Positions 32,554-42,051 of a stretch of 64,000 bases of DNA are shown here, one piece after another. Location of the stretch: positions 1,152,001 to 1,216,000 of the forward strand of contig CAVRVY010000003.1 of the NCBI GenBank assembly GCA_963724765.1, read 5' to 3'. The notes under the pieces were generated by a model. That model did no database searches, was not told where the DNA came from, and saw nothing but the letters and a program-made list of their open reading frames with translations. The position numbers and the translations under genes are program-made. How positions within the stretch are numbered: the first letter of the stretch is position 1; every line of letters begins with the position of its first letter. Origin of the DNA: an uncultured delta proteobacterium (GTDB taxonomy: Bacteria; Desulfobacterota; Binatia; Binatales; Binataceae).

Positions 32554-33798
32554 TCATTTGATACGGCGCGTGGGCGCGGCGCGCTCCGCATGGGCGAGCC
32601 CGCGCGTGACCGCCTCTTCGCCGAAGCGCTCGGCAACCTTGTCGAGCGCGCGGTTGAGCCGGTCGCGGCGCGCGTCGTGCGCAGGGGCCGCGCCGAACAG
32701 TGCCAGTTGCGCTGCCGCGGCCTCGGCGTCGCGCACCAGGTTATGCACCTGCACGCCGGCCAGACGCACCGGCTCGCGTTCGCGCACGCGCCCGAGCAGC
32801 GCCCGCGCGACGCGCGATAGTTCAGCGCCGTCGTCGGTCGGGGCCTCGAGCGACTGGCTGCGCGTTATGATCGGATAGCGGCCCTGCCCAAGCGGCCGCG
32901 CGAGTTTGAGCTTGAGCGTCACCGTGCGCGCGCGCACGCGATCGGCGCGCAGGCGCCGCCCGAGCGCGTCGGAATGCGCGATCAACACGCGCGCGAGCTC
33001 CAGCGAGTCGAGCGCGAGATCATGCTCGAACGTGCTCTCTTCGCCGTAGGACTTGCGCTCGTAGTCGCCGACGACGGGGCGCGGGTCGCGCCCCAGCGCG
33101 AGTTCGTGCAGATGCGGCCCCATCGCGCCGAACATCGCGTGCAGGTGCGCGACGTCGGCGCGCGCGAGGTCGCCGACCGTCGCGATTCCCACCTGATGCA
33201 TCTGCGCGAGCGTCACTCGCCCGACGCCCCATAGCCGTTCGACCGGCAGCGGCGTGAGAAAATCCACCAGCCCGTCCGGCTCGATCATCCGCAGGCCATC
33301 GGGCTTGGAGAGGTCGCTTAAAATTTTCGCCGCCATCTTGGTCGGTGCGATTCCGACCGACACCACGAGGCCGGTCGCCTCGCGCACGCGACGCTTGAGC
33401 GCGCGCCCGGCCTCGATCGGCGAGGCGAACAGGCGATGCGTTCCGGTGAGATCGAGAAAGGCTTCATCGAGCGAGAGCGGCTCGACTATTGGGCTGAACT
33501 CGTCGAAGGCCGCGCGCACCGCGCGTGAGACTTCCACGTAACGCGCCATCCGCCCCGGCACGAAGATGCCCTCGGGACAAAGCTGATGCGCTTCGTGCGC
33601 GGGCATCGCCGAGCGCACGCCGAAGCGGCGCGCCTCGTAGGAGGCCGAGGTCACCACGCCCCGGCGGCTGCGTCCGCCGACGATCACCGGCAGGCCGCGC
33701 AGCGCAGGATTGTCGAGTTGCTCGACCGAGGCGTAAAAGGCGTCCATGTCCGCGTGCGCGACGACGCGCGGCCACGCAGTTGCGCCGTCGGGAGTCAT
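32554..33798 (-). CDS. dinB: DNA polymerase IV
   Basis: HADMDAFYASVE, SYEARRFGVRSAM, SLDEAFLD, KPDG. Confidence 0.96.
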   Translation of the reverse strand: MTPDGATAWPRVVAHADMDAFYASVEQLDNPALRGLPVIVGGRSRRGVVTSASYEARRFGVRSAMPAHEAHQLCPEGIFVPGRMARYVEVSRAVRAAFDEFSPIVEPLSLDEAFLDLTGTHRLFASPIEAGRALKRRVREATGLVVSVGIAPTKMAAKILSDLSKPDGLRMIEPDGLVDFLTPLPVERLWGVGRVTLAQMHQVGIATVGDLARADVAHLHAMFGAMGPHLHELALGRDPRPVVGDYERKSYGEESTFEHDLALDSLELARVLIAHSDALGRRLRADRVRARTVTLKLKLARPLGQGRYPIITRSQSLEAPTDDGAELSRVARALLGRVREREPVRLAGVQVHNLVRDAEAAAAQLALFGAAPAHDARRDRLNRALDKVAERFGEEAVTRGLAHAERAAPTRRIK

Positions 33799-35324
33799 CA
33801 CGATGCTCCGGGCGTCGCTGCGGGCGTCGCCGCGCGCGCCGCTCCCAGCTCGGCCCGAAGTTCGGAAAAGACCACCTCGGCCGCGCGCTCGCCGCCGAGC
33901 ACGCAGTCGGGAATTCCTACGCCGCGGAGCGCCGCGCCGGCAAGCTCGAGCGCCGGCAGCGCGGCCGCCGCGCGCTCGATTTCGGCCACGCGGCCATGAT
34001 GTCCCACCGCGTACTGCGGCATCGAATCGGGCCATCGGTTGACCTGCGACCATAGCGGTGCGGCCGCTGCGCCGAGCAGCCCACGGAACTCCTCGCGCAC
34101 GACTTCGATCATCGCGGCGTCGTCGAGCGCCATCAATTCGCGCTGCATCGCGCCACCGACGAACGCCCGCACCAGGATCGTTCCGGCTGGCGCACGGCCG
34201 GCGAACTTCAGGTTGGTGAAGCTGCCGGCGATAATCTTGCGCTGCTCGATCGCAGGCACCACGAAGCCGAAACTTCGCGGCGCGCGCGGAAAGTCGTCTT
34301 CGCGATACGCGAGATTGACCACCGCCGCCGACGCATAGCCGATTGTCCCGAGCGCGCGCGCAAGTGACGGCGAATGCGGATCGAACAGCGGCGCCGCGCG
34401 AAAAGCCGGCAACGCGCAAATCACCGCGTCGGCTTCCAGAGCGGAGCCGTCAGCCATCACGACGCGCCATCGTGGCTTGCGATCCGCGGCGTCGCCGCCG
34501 ACACGCTCGAGCGCCACCACCTCCGCGTTGCGGCGCACGGTCTCGCCGAGCTTTTGCGCTAGCGCGTCGACCATCGTGCCGATTCCGCCGCAGAGGCTCG
34601 CGAACAGGCTCCATCGCGCGCCGCTGGTGCCGCCTGATGTGCCGGACTTGTCGGGCTTACCGGATTTGCCGTCTTGCATGCGCGCTGCGGCCCGTAGTCC
34701 GCGAATCACGCTGCCATAGCGCGCCTCCATATCGGCAAAGCGCGGCAGCGCGGCGTGCAGGCTGAGCCGCTCGGGGTCGGCGGTGTAAATTCCGCCGGCG
34801 AGCGGTTGTGCGATGCGGTCGAGCATCTCGCGGCCGAACCGGCGGGTCACGAACGACGCCAGGCTTTCGTCACGAGGACCGCGGCGGCGCGGAATCAGCG
34901 GTTCGATCATCACGCGGAGCTTGCCGAGCGGAGAAAGCAACGGACTGCGCAGCATCGGCAGCATCCGCGTGGGTGCGAGCAGCGAGAAGCCCTCGGGAAT
35001 TTCGACCAGCGTTCCATTACGCACGACATAGGTCCGGCGGAACTCCGCGCGAGTGCCGATTAGCTCGCCTTCGAGGCCGAGACGGCGCACAAGATCTAGC
35101 GCCCAGGGCTTTTCGGTGAGGAACGAATCGGCGCCCGCCTCGGCGATGAATCCCTGCTCGCGAATCGTGCAGAGCGCTCCACCAAGGCGCGGGCCGCGCT
35201 CCAGCAGCGTCACTACGAGTGGAGTCTCATGCTTCGCCGACAGCTCCAGGAGCCGGAATGCGGCACTGAGCCCGCTGATTCCGCCGCCCAGAATTGCGAT
35301 TTGCGGTGCGCCGCTATCAGCCAT
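33798..35324 (-). CDS. hemY: HemY/CgoX copro-/protoporphyrinogen oxidase
   Basis: GGGISGLSAA, EAGADSFL, GIYTADP, MPQYAVGH, GVGIPDC. Confidence 0.93.
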   Translation of the reverse strand: MADSGAPQIAILGGGISGLSAAFRLLELSAKHETPLVVTLLERGPRLGGALCTIREQGFIAEAGADSFLTEKPWALDLVRRLGLEGELIGTRAEFRRTYVVRNGTLVEIPEGFSLLAPTRMLPMLRSPLLSPLGKLRVMIEPLIPRRRGPRDESLASFVTRRFGREMLDRIAQPLAGGIYTADPERLSLHAALPRFADMEARYGSVIRGLRAAARMQDGKSGKPDKSGTSGGTSGARWSLFASLCGGIGTMVDALAQKLGETVRRNAEVVALERVGGDAADRKPRWRVVMADGSALEADAVICALPAFRAAPLFDPHSPSLARALGTIGYASAAVVNLAYREDDFPRAPRSFGFVVPAIEQRKIIAGSFTNLKFAGRAPAGTILVRAFVGGAMQRELMALDDAAMIEVVREEFRGLLGAAAAPLWSQVNRWPDSMPQYAVGHHGRVAEIERAAAALPALELAGAALRGVGIPDCVLGGERAAEVVFSELRAELGAARAATPAATPGAS

Positions 35325-35350
35325 CGCGCCTGCTCGCGGCCATCTCCGGG

Positions 35351-36289
35351 TCAGGCGAGCAATCGCTCGCGCAATCCCTCCCGGATGAGCGTCGCGATCA
35401 TCTCGATGAACCGCGGATGCTCGCCGACGGTCGCCGCACGCACCATCGTCACGTCCGCCTCGCGTGCCACGCGCGCCGCCTCGACGTCGAGGTCGTAGAG
35501 CACCTCGACGTGGTCGCAGATAAAGCCGATTGGCGTTACCACTGCCGGCTGTCCGTTGAGGCCGCGCAGCACGTCGCAGACATCGGGCTCCAGCCACGGA
35601 TCGCGCGGACTGCCGCTGCGGCTCTGGAAAGCGAGCGTCCATTCGCGCCGTTTAAGGCGCTCACTAACGAGCCGCGCCGATTCGCGCAATTGCTCGACGT
35701 AGGGGCTCGCCGCCGCCATCGCGGCCGGGATGCTATGCGCGGTGAAGATGAGTTGCGCGCGATCGCGCGCGGCAGGCTCAAGACGCGCGAGCGCGTCGGC
35801 GACGCGACCCGCCGCGGCCTCGATGAACAGCGGATGCGCGTGCCATTCGCCGAGGTAGTCGACCGCGGGCGCGGCGTGACCAAGACGTTCGCGCGCCTCA
35901 TCGACGTTGCGCAGGTAACGGTCCCAACTCGCCTCGCATCGATGGGCCGCGAGCACGAAGGCCAACGCGCGGCGCACCCCGCGTCGCCCAAGCTCGCCGA
36001 GCGCGTCCTCGAGCCAGGGCGGCGTATTGCGCATCCCGAGCACTACTGGGATGTTCACGCCTTCACGCGCAAGGCGCTCGCGCAGCGCGGCGGCCTGACG
36101 CTCCGTGATCTCGTTGAATGGCGAGCGCCCGCCGATCGCTTCGTAATGATGAACGACCTCCTCGTAGCGCTCGCGCGGAATCGGCCGCCCGGCGGTCACG
36201 CGGTCGAGGAACGGACGAATCTCCGCGGCGCTGCGTGGGCCTCCGAACCCGATCAGGATGACCGCGCCGTATTTTACGTCCGCGCTCAT
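35351..36289 (-). CDS. hemH: Ferrochelatase
   Basis: FGGP, HYEAIGGRSP, FTAHSIP, FQSRSG..WLEPD, GFICDHVEVLYDLD. Confidence 0.95.
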   Translation of the reverse strand: MSADVKYGAVILIGFGGPRSAAEIRPFLDRVTAGRPIPRERYEEVVHHYEAIGGRSPFNEITERQAAALRERLAREGVNIPVVLGMRNTPPWLEDALGELGRRGVRRALAFVLAAHRCEASWDRYLRNVDEARERLGHAAPAVDYLGEWHAHPLFIEAAAGRVADALARLEPAARDRAQLIFTAHSIPAAMAAASPYVEQLRESARLVSERLKRREWTLAFQSRSGSPRDPWLEPDVCDVLRGLNGQPAVVTPIGFICDHVEVLYDLDVEAARVAREADVTMVRAATVGEHPRFIEMIATLIREGLRERLLA

Positions 36290-36338
36290 CTCATTCGATT
36301 TCCGTCGGCGCGCGTCGCCCGCGTTTTCATCTCCACGC

Positions 36339-37409
36339 TCATTTTTGGCTCATCTCGTGCACCGCATCGACCAGCGCGCGCACGTGGTCGACCGGTGTCT
36401 CGGGCAGGATGCCGTGGCCGAGGTTGAATATGTGGCCGGGGCGGCCGATGGCCTGATCGAGAATCGCGCGGACGCGCCGGCGAATTTCGGGGATTCCGGC
36501 GAAGAGTGCGACCGGATCGAGGTTTCCCTGCACGCCGACGCCGTAACCGAGGCGCGACCACGCCTTGCCAAGGTCGACGCGCCAGTCAAGTCCGATAACG
36601 TCGCCGCCCGCCTCGCGCATCAGTTCCAGCAGATTGCCAGTCGCGGTGCCGAAATGAATCATCGGCACGCGTGGGCTCAGCGCCGAGATCACGGCGGCGC
36701 TGTGCGGCAGGACGAAGCTGCGATAGTCGTCCGGCCCGAGGATACCGACCCAACTGTCGAAGAGCTGCACAAGGTCGGCGCCGGCCGCGATTTGCATGTT
36801 GAGATAATCCGCGGTCGCGCGCGCCAGCGTTTCCATCAGGCGATGCCACGTCGCGGGCTCGGTGTACATCATGGTCTTGGTCGCCTGGTACTGGCGCGAG
36901 CCGCCGCCTTCGATGAGATATGACGCGAGCGTAAAGGGCGCGCCGGCGAATCCGATGAGCGGAGTGCGACCGCCAAGCGCGCGGCGCGTCAACTTAATCG
37001 CGTCACCGACGAAGCCAAGCGCGCCGGCAGCGTCAATTGACGTAATGCGTTCGAGGTCGGCCGCCGCGCGTACCGGCCGCTCGATAATCGGACCGCCCTC
37101 CTTCTCGTAATGTAACCCGACTTCCATCGGGATGAGCGGCAGCAGAATGTCGGCGAAGATGATCGCAGCGTCGACGCCCAGGCGCTCGACCGCGGTGACC
37201 GTGACCTCGGCGGCGATTTCGGGCCGCGTGCACATCTCGAGAAAATCGTGCTGTGCGCGCACGCGGCGATACTCGGGCATGTAGCGCCCCGCCTGGCGCA
37301 TCAGCCACACCGGCGTATAGGGGGCGGGCTTAAGCCGGCACGCGAGCATCATCGGATGGTCGCGAAACGGGCTGGTGCCGCGAGCGTCGGATTCAGCTTG
37401 ACGGATCAT
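36339..37409 (-). CDS. hemE: Uroporphyrinogen decarboxylase
   Basis: WLMRQAGRYMPEY, GFAGAPFTLASY, QGNLDP, FNLGHGI. Confidence 0.97.
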   Translation of the reverse strand: MIRQAESDARGTSPFRDHPMMLACRLKPAPYTPVWLMRQAGRYMPEYRRVRAQHDFLEMCTRPEIAAEVTVTAVERLGVDAAIIFADILLPLIPMEVGLHYEKEGGPIIERPVRAAADLERITSIDAAGALGFVGDAIKLTRRALGGRTPLIGFAGAPFTLASYLIEGGGSRQYQATKTMMYTEPATWHRLMETLARATADYLNMQIAAGADLVQLFDSWVGILGPDDYRSFVLPHSAAVISALSPRVPMIHFGTATGNLLELMREAGGDVIGLDWRVDLGKAWSRLGYGVGVQGNLDPVALFAGIPEIRRRVRAILDQAIGRPGHIFNLGHGILPETPVDHVRALVDAVHEMSQK

Positions 37410-37447
37410 TACTTAGCGGTGATGCACGCTCGGCGAATCGCCACCCG

Positions 37448-37503
37448 TTATTTTGCAAGCATTATTTTGCACGCGATTATCTCGCACGCGATATCTTGGC
37501 GCG
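37448..37503. repeat. Degenerate ~15-bp tandem repeats in the hemE/ECH divergent region
   Basis: TTATTTTGCAAGCA TTATTTTGCACGCGA TTATCTCGCACGCGA TATCTTGGCGCG. Confidence 0.65.
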
Positions 37504-37630
37504 TCGCGCTCGGCCAAGTCCACGGGGGGCCCTGGGCCTCTCTCACATGGAGAATCGCGCTGGCCCTGCGCTCCGTTTTACGCCTCCCCGCGAGCTGTGT
37601 TAGCAGTGGCGTCAGAGGTATGGCGCTTCG

Positions 37631-38401
37631 ATGAACCAGCCATTGGTCGCGATCAGCAAGGAAAATGGAGTCGCAACGGTCACGCTCAACCGTCCCGAAA
37701 AGCTCAACGCGCTCAACCGCGAGATGCGCAGGCTCTTCTGCAGCGCGATGCAGGAGCTCGGCGCCGACCCCGCCGTCGCCGTGGTCATAATTACCGGCGC
37801 AGGGCGCGCATTTTCGGCCGGGCTCGACCTCAATGAGCTGGGCGCCGAGGGCCTCCGCGAGGCCGGTGGCGTGACCTTCATCTCGGTGGTCGAGCGGATG
37901 GAAGCGCCGGTCATCGCGGCGGTCAACGGCTTCGCGGTCACCGGCGGCTTCGAACTGGCGCTCGCCTGCGACATCATTATCGCGGCCGAGACCGCGCAGT
38001 TCGCCGACACGCACGCGCGGGTGGGCGTGATGCCGGGCGGCGGCATGTCGGCGCGGCTGCCGCGCGCCGTCGGCGTGCGCAAGGCCAAGGAACTTTCGCT
38101 GACCGGGAATTATTTGAATGCCCGGGATGCGGAACGGCTGGGGCTGGTCAACCGCGTGGTGCAGGCGGATCAACTGATGGCAGCGGCGGGCGAGCTGGCG
38201 CGCCAGATAGTGGGCGCCGACCAGCGCGTGGTGCGCCAGATGAAAAGGCTGATCAACCTGGCGACCGAGGCGCCGCTCGGCGACGGACTGCGCATCGAGC
38301 AGGACTTCTTCAACGCCTTCAACCAGAGCGGCAAGTTCAAGGCCGTGGACAAGCGTCGAGCGGCCGTGGTCGAGCGCGGACGCTCGCAGGCGCGCAGCTG
38401 A
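37631..38401 (+). CDS. Enoyl-CoA hydratase/isomerase family protein
   Basis: LNRPEKLNAL, AFSAGLDL, AVNGFAVTGGFELALACD. Confidence 0.93.
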   Translation: MNQPLVAISKENGVATVTLNRPEKLNALNREMRRLFCSAMQELGADPAVAVVIITGAGRAFSAGLDLNELGAEGLREAGGVTFISVVERMEAPVIAAVNGFAVTGGFELALACDIIIAAETAQFADTHARVGVMPGGGMSARLPRAVGVRKAKELSLTGNYLNARDAERLGLVNRVVQADQLMAAAGELARQIVGADQRVVRQMKRLINLATEAPLGDGLRIEQDFFNAFNQSGKFKAVDKRRAAVVERGRSQARS

Positions 38402-38422
38402 GAGACACGCAGAGGAGATACG

Positions 38423-39280
38423 ATGCACCGGCGGCTTTCAATTCTGGCGGTTATTTTCCCGGTCCTGATGGCGTTCGCAGCCTCGGGAGCTATCGCGGCG
38501 GGTGAGAGCGACGCGGCGGCCGAAGCCGGCGCGCCCTCGCAGGGCGAGATTCCCGCGGCGCAGATTCCCAAGGCGATCACGGACGCCATCAACTCGCCCG
38601 ACCGTCCGGCGGCTGACAAGCAACTGGACGCGGGGCGCCATCCCGATCAGATACTGGCGTTCTTCGGAATCGCGCCCGGGATGCACGTCGCGGATTTGTG
38701 GGCGGGCGGCGGTTATACGACCGAGTTGCTGGCGCGGACGGTGGGGCCGAGCGGCAAGGTCTACTCGCAAAACGGCCCGTTCCCGCCGGCGTTCAAGAAA
38801 GGCGAGGAGGCATGGAAGGCGCGCCTCAAAGAGCCCGGGATGAGCAACGTGGTCGAGCTGGAAAAGTCCTTCGACCATCCTGACGACATTCTGCCGGTTC
38901 CGCCCGAGTCGCTCGACGCGGTAATCATCGACATGAACTACCACGACATGGTCGGGCGCGGGTACGACCGCACCAGGGTCAACGCAGTCGTCTTCAAGGC
39001 GCTCAAGCCGGGCGGCGTTTACGGCGTGATCGACAACAGCGCCGCGCCCGGCTCGGGCGCGCGCGACGCCAAGACCCTGCATCGTATCGACGAGGCCTTC
39101 GAGATCAAGGAGATAAAGCAGGCCGGCTTCAAGCTGGCGGCGGTTTCCAGCGTGCTGCGCAATCCCAAGGACGATCGCACCTGGTTCGTCATGAAGCATC
39201 GCGGCGAACAGGACCGCTTCGTGCTGAAATTCGTCAAGCCGACGGGCGCCGGCGGCATAGGCGCGGGACTGTCGCACTGA
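38423..39280 (+). CDS. Exported class I SAM-dependent methyltransferase-like protein
   Basis: Signal peptide; RHP..L.FFGIAPGM.VAD..GGGY, YHD, LKPGG, LRNPKDD, DRFVLKF. Confidence 0.85.
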   Translation: MHRRLSILAVIFPVLMAFAASGAIAAGESDAAAEAGAPSQGEIPAAQIPKAITDAINSPDRPAADKQLDAGRHPDQILAFFGIAPGMHVADLWAGGGYTTELLARTVGPSGKVYSQNGPFPPAFKKGEEAWKARLKEPGMSNVVELEKSFDHPDDILPVPPESLDAVIIDMNYHDMVGRGYDRTRVNAVVFKALKPGGVYGVIDNSAAPGSGARDAKTLHRIDEAFEIKEIKQAGFKLAAVSSVLRNPKDDRTWFVMKHRGEQDRFVLKFVKPTGAGGIGAGLSH

Positions 39281-39335
39281 TCGCCGGGGGAGACTTATCC
39301 AGCGCAACGCGATATATGAAAGGTGAGGTCACATT

Positions 39336-40433
39336 ATGAGAACTGGCTACATGCTGCTGTTCCAGAATGCCCATGAGGGGATGTCGGACTCCGAGATGGT
39401 GCGCCACGAAATGCGGATCGCGGAACTGGCCGAGCCCTTGGGCTTCGACACCATCTGGAGCGCCGAGCATCACTTCGACGCCTACTCGATGCTGCCCGAC
39501 AACTTCCAGGTGCTCACCTACCTGGCCGGACGCACCAGCAAAATCCATCTTGGCACCGCCGCGGTGATCCTGCCGTGGAACAATCCCCTGCGGGTGGCCG
39601 AGAAGGTGGCCATGCTCGACGCGCTATCCGACGGACGGTTCATCCTGGGGCTGGGCCGCGGTCTGGCGCGGATGGAGTACCGGACCTTCGGCATCGACAT
39701 GAATGAGTCGCGCGACCGCTTCAACGAAGCGGCTAAAATGATCCTGGAGGCGTTGCGCACGGGCTACATGGAAGGCAACGGGCCTTACTACAAACAGGCG
39801 CGCGCCGAGATCAGGCCGCGTCCCGAGCGCTCCTTCAAGGACCGCCTGTATGGCGTCGCGATGTCGCCGGATACCGCGCCGGTGGTTGGCGAGCTGGGCG
39901 GCCGGATGATGTTTTTCATCCAGTTCTCGCTCGATCAGCATCTGCCCGGCGTGGAACTCTACCGCGAGAGCTTCCGCAAGCATCAGCACCGGGCTGCGCC
40001 GCCGCCGCTCGCGATCGACTTCACCTTCTGCGATCGCGACGCCGGCCGCGCCGAAGAGATGACGCTGCGCTACGCCGCGGGCTACTACCTCTCGGTGATC
40101 AAGCACTACGAGTTCAACGACGACTATCACGCCAAGCTCAAGGGCTACGAGAATTACGCCAACGCAGCTCAGGTCCTGCGCGAGACGGGTCTGGATAAGG
40201 CGGCAGAGACTTACGCCAGCCAGCAGGCGTTCGGCACGCCGCAGCAGATCCTGGACAAGCTCGAGCAGCGCCGGAGCAAGCTCGGCGATTTCGAATGGAA
40301 CATTTGCACCAGCTTTTCCGGGATGCCCTTCAAGGATGTCGAATCGAGCACGCGGCTGATTGCCATGGAGGTCCTGCCCGAGGTCAAAACCTGGGGCGAA
40401 GATAGCTTCGAGCCGCTTCGCGCGTCGGCGTAA
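39336..40433 (+). CDS. LLM-class flavin-dependent oxidoreductase
   Basis: GFDTIWSAEHHF, PLRVAE, GRFILGLGRG. Confidence 0.92.
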   Translation: MRTGYMLLFQNAHEGMSDSEMVRHEMRIAELAEPLGFDTIWSAEHHFDAYSMLPDNFQVLTYLAGRTSKIHLGTAAVILPWNNPLRVAEKVAMLDALSDGRFILGLGRGLARMEYRTFGIDMNESRDRFNEAAKMILEALRTGYMEGNGPYYKQARAEIRPRPERSFKDRLYGVAMSPDTAPVVGELGGRMMFFIQFSLDQHLPGVELYRESFRKHQHRAAPPPLAIDFTFCDRDAGRAEEMTLRYAAGYYLSVIKHYEFNDDYHAKLKGYENYANAAQVLRETGLDKAAETYASQQAFGTPQQILDKLEQRRSKLGDFEWNICTSFSGMPFKDVESSTRLIAMEVLPEVKTWGEDSFEPLRASA

Positions 40434-40473
40434 CGCGAGATCACACAAGCGAGATCACGCGAGATCGAGAATC

Positions 40474-40560
40474 GCGAAAGCCCGCGACAGCCCAAGCTGT
40501 CCGGGCTTTCGCTTTTTCAGTTTTCCGCCTCTTCGCTCACGATGACCGAAGAGGCGAAAA
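40474..40560. terminator. Back-to-back intrinsic terminators for convergent genes
   Basis: GCGAAAGCCCG...CGGGCTTTCGC-TTTTT (+) followed by TTTTCCGCCTCTTCG...CGAAGAGGCGAAAA. Confidence 0.7.
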
Positions 40561-40604
40561 CGCTAGTACCTCATCGCGACCGTCAGCCACTGGTCGCCGC
40601 CCGC

Positions 40605-41024
40605 TTAATCGAACGCCGCGGCCTTAAAGGACGGCGGAGAAAACACCGGCTTGACGTTGTTCGAGAACGCGTAGCCCTCCTTGGGTAGCCCGAGCCAGCT
40701 GCGGTCGAACTTGCCGTTGCTGTTCTCGTCGTGAAAGACCACCAATGCGTATTTGCCCGGCGCGATTCCGCCAAAGTCGCATACCGCGGTCTTGTCGTTG
40801 ATTGGCACGTTGTTTTGCCCGACGGCCTTGCTCGAGTCGGAGGGAAAAGCATCGGGCGAATTGAACAGCGTGCAAATCACTTGGCCGGTCGAATTGCGCA
40901 GGCTAACCACGCGCACATGCAAGGCCGCGGCGGCGGCGGGCGTGGCTTGCGCGATCAGCGCGGTCGCGGGGGGCACGGCCACCGTAACAAGTAGCATCAG
41001 GATGCTGGCCAAGGTTCTGACCAA
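40605..41024 (-). CDS. DUF2141 family exported protein
   Basis: PGKYALVVFHDENSNGKFD...PKEGYAFSNN. Confidence 0.85.
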   Translation of the reverse strand: MVRTLASILMLLVTVAVPPATALIAQATPAAAAALHVRVVSLRNSTGQVICTLFNSPDAFPSDSSKAVGQNNVPINDKTAVCDFGGIAPGKYALVVFHDENSNGKFDRSWLGLPKEGYAFSNNVKPVFSPPSFKAAAFD

Positions 41025-41028
41025 GGTG

Positions 41029-41952
41029 TCAGGCGGCGGCGAGGATCTCTTTGGCGCGTTTCAGATCCTCGGCGATCTGCGCGGCCAGCGCCTGGCCCGA
41101 TTCGAACTTGCGCTCGCTGCGAATCCGCTCGACGATCTCAAGCCGCACTTTCGCGCCGTAAATGTCGCGGTCGAAATCGAAGATATGCGCCTCGATCGTG
41201 CGGGCCGGCTCCGCGAATGTCGGACGCATCCCGATATTGGTTATCGAGGCGAACGCGCCGTCGGGCAGCACCATGCGGGTCGCGTAAACGCCGTCGGGCG
41301 GCAGACATTCGGTTAAGGAGTCGAGATTGGCGGTGGGAAAGCCAATCGCGCGCCCGCGCTCGCGTCCGTGGACGACCGTGCCGCTCAGAAAATGGTCGCG
41401 GCCGAGCAGCCGCGCGACCGCGCGCATCTCGCCCGCCGCGATCAGTTCGCGCATCCGCGTCGAGCTGACCACCGCGCCATCGACCGTCACCGGCCCTACC
41501 ACGATGGTCTCGAAACCCATCCGCCGCCCCAGTTCGGCCATCACCTCGGCGTTGCCGGCGCGCGCGTGACCGAAACTCACGCTATGGCCCACCACCACGC
41601 CGCGTGCGCCGATTCTGTCGAGCAGGTAGGTGCGCACGAATTCGGCGGGCGTGAGCTGGCTGAGCGCAGTGGTGAAGGCGATCACGATAACGCCGTCGAT
41701 TCCGGAGGCGCGCAGCAGCTCGAGTTTGTCCTCGGGCGCCAGGATGAGCCGCGGCGCACGCGCGGGTGCGAGCACCTTGGCCGGCAGCGGATCGAAAGTC
41801 AGGGCGAAGGCGGTGCCGGAGGCCGCACGCGCGCGATCGATGGCGGCCTTCAAGATCGCGCGATGGCCGAGGTGGACGCCGTCGAAGTTGCCGAGCGCCA
41901 CCACCGGGTGAGGATGCTGCGGAAGCTTGTCTATATCGCGAATTATTTCCAT
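41029..41952 (-). CDS. ribF: Bifunctional riboflavin kinase/FAD synthetase
   Basis: GNFDGVHLGH, SSTRMR, GFPTAN, NIGMRPTF, EAHIFDF. Confidence 0.96.
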   Translation of the reverse strand: MEIIRDIDKLPQHPHPVVALGNFDGVHLGHRAILKAAIDRARAASGTAFALTFDPLPAKVLAPARAPRLILAPEDKLELLRASGIDGVIVIAFTTALSQLTPAEFVRTYLLDRIGARGVVVGHSVSFGHARAGNAEVMAELGRRMGFETIVVGPVTVDGAVVSSTRMRELIAAGEMRAVARLLGRDHFLSGTVVHGRERGRAIGFPTANLDSLTECLPPDGVYATRMVLPDGAFASITNIGMRPTFAEPARTIEAHIFDFDRDIYGAKVRLEIVERIRSERKFESGQALAAQIAEDLKRAKEILAAA

Positions 41953-42051
41953 CACTCAACGCGCGTCGCGTATTTGCGGGCCGCGGCAAGGCGCGCCGTC
42001 ATCCTTCGGAAACGGATGAATGTGCGCCGCGCTGACGCGATCAGCTCGCGG

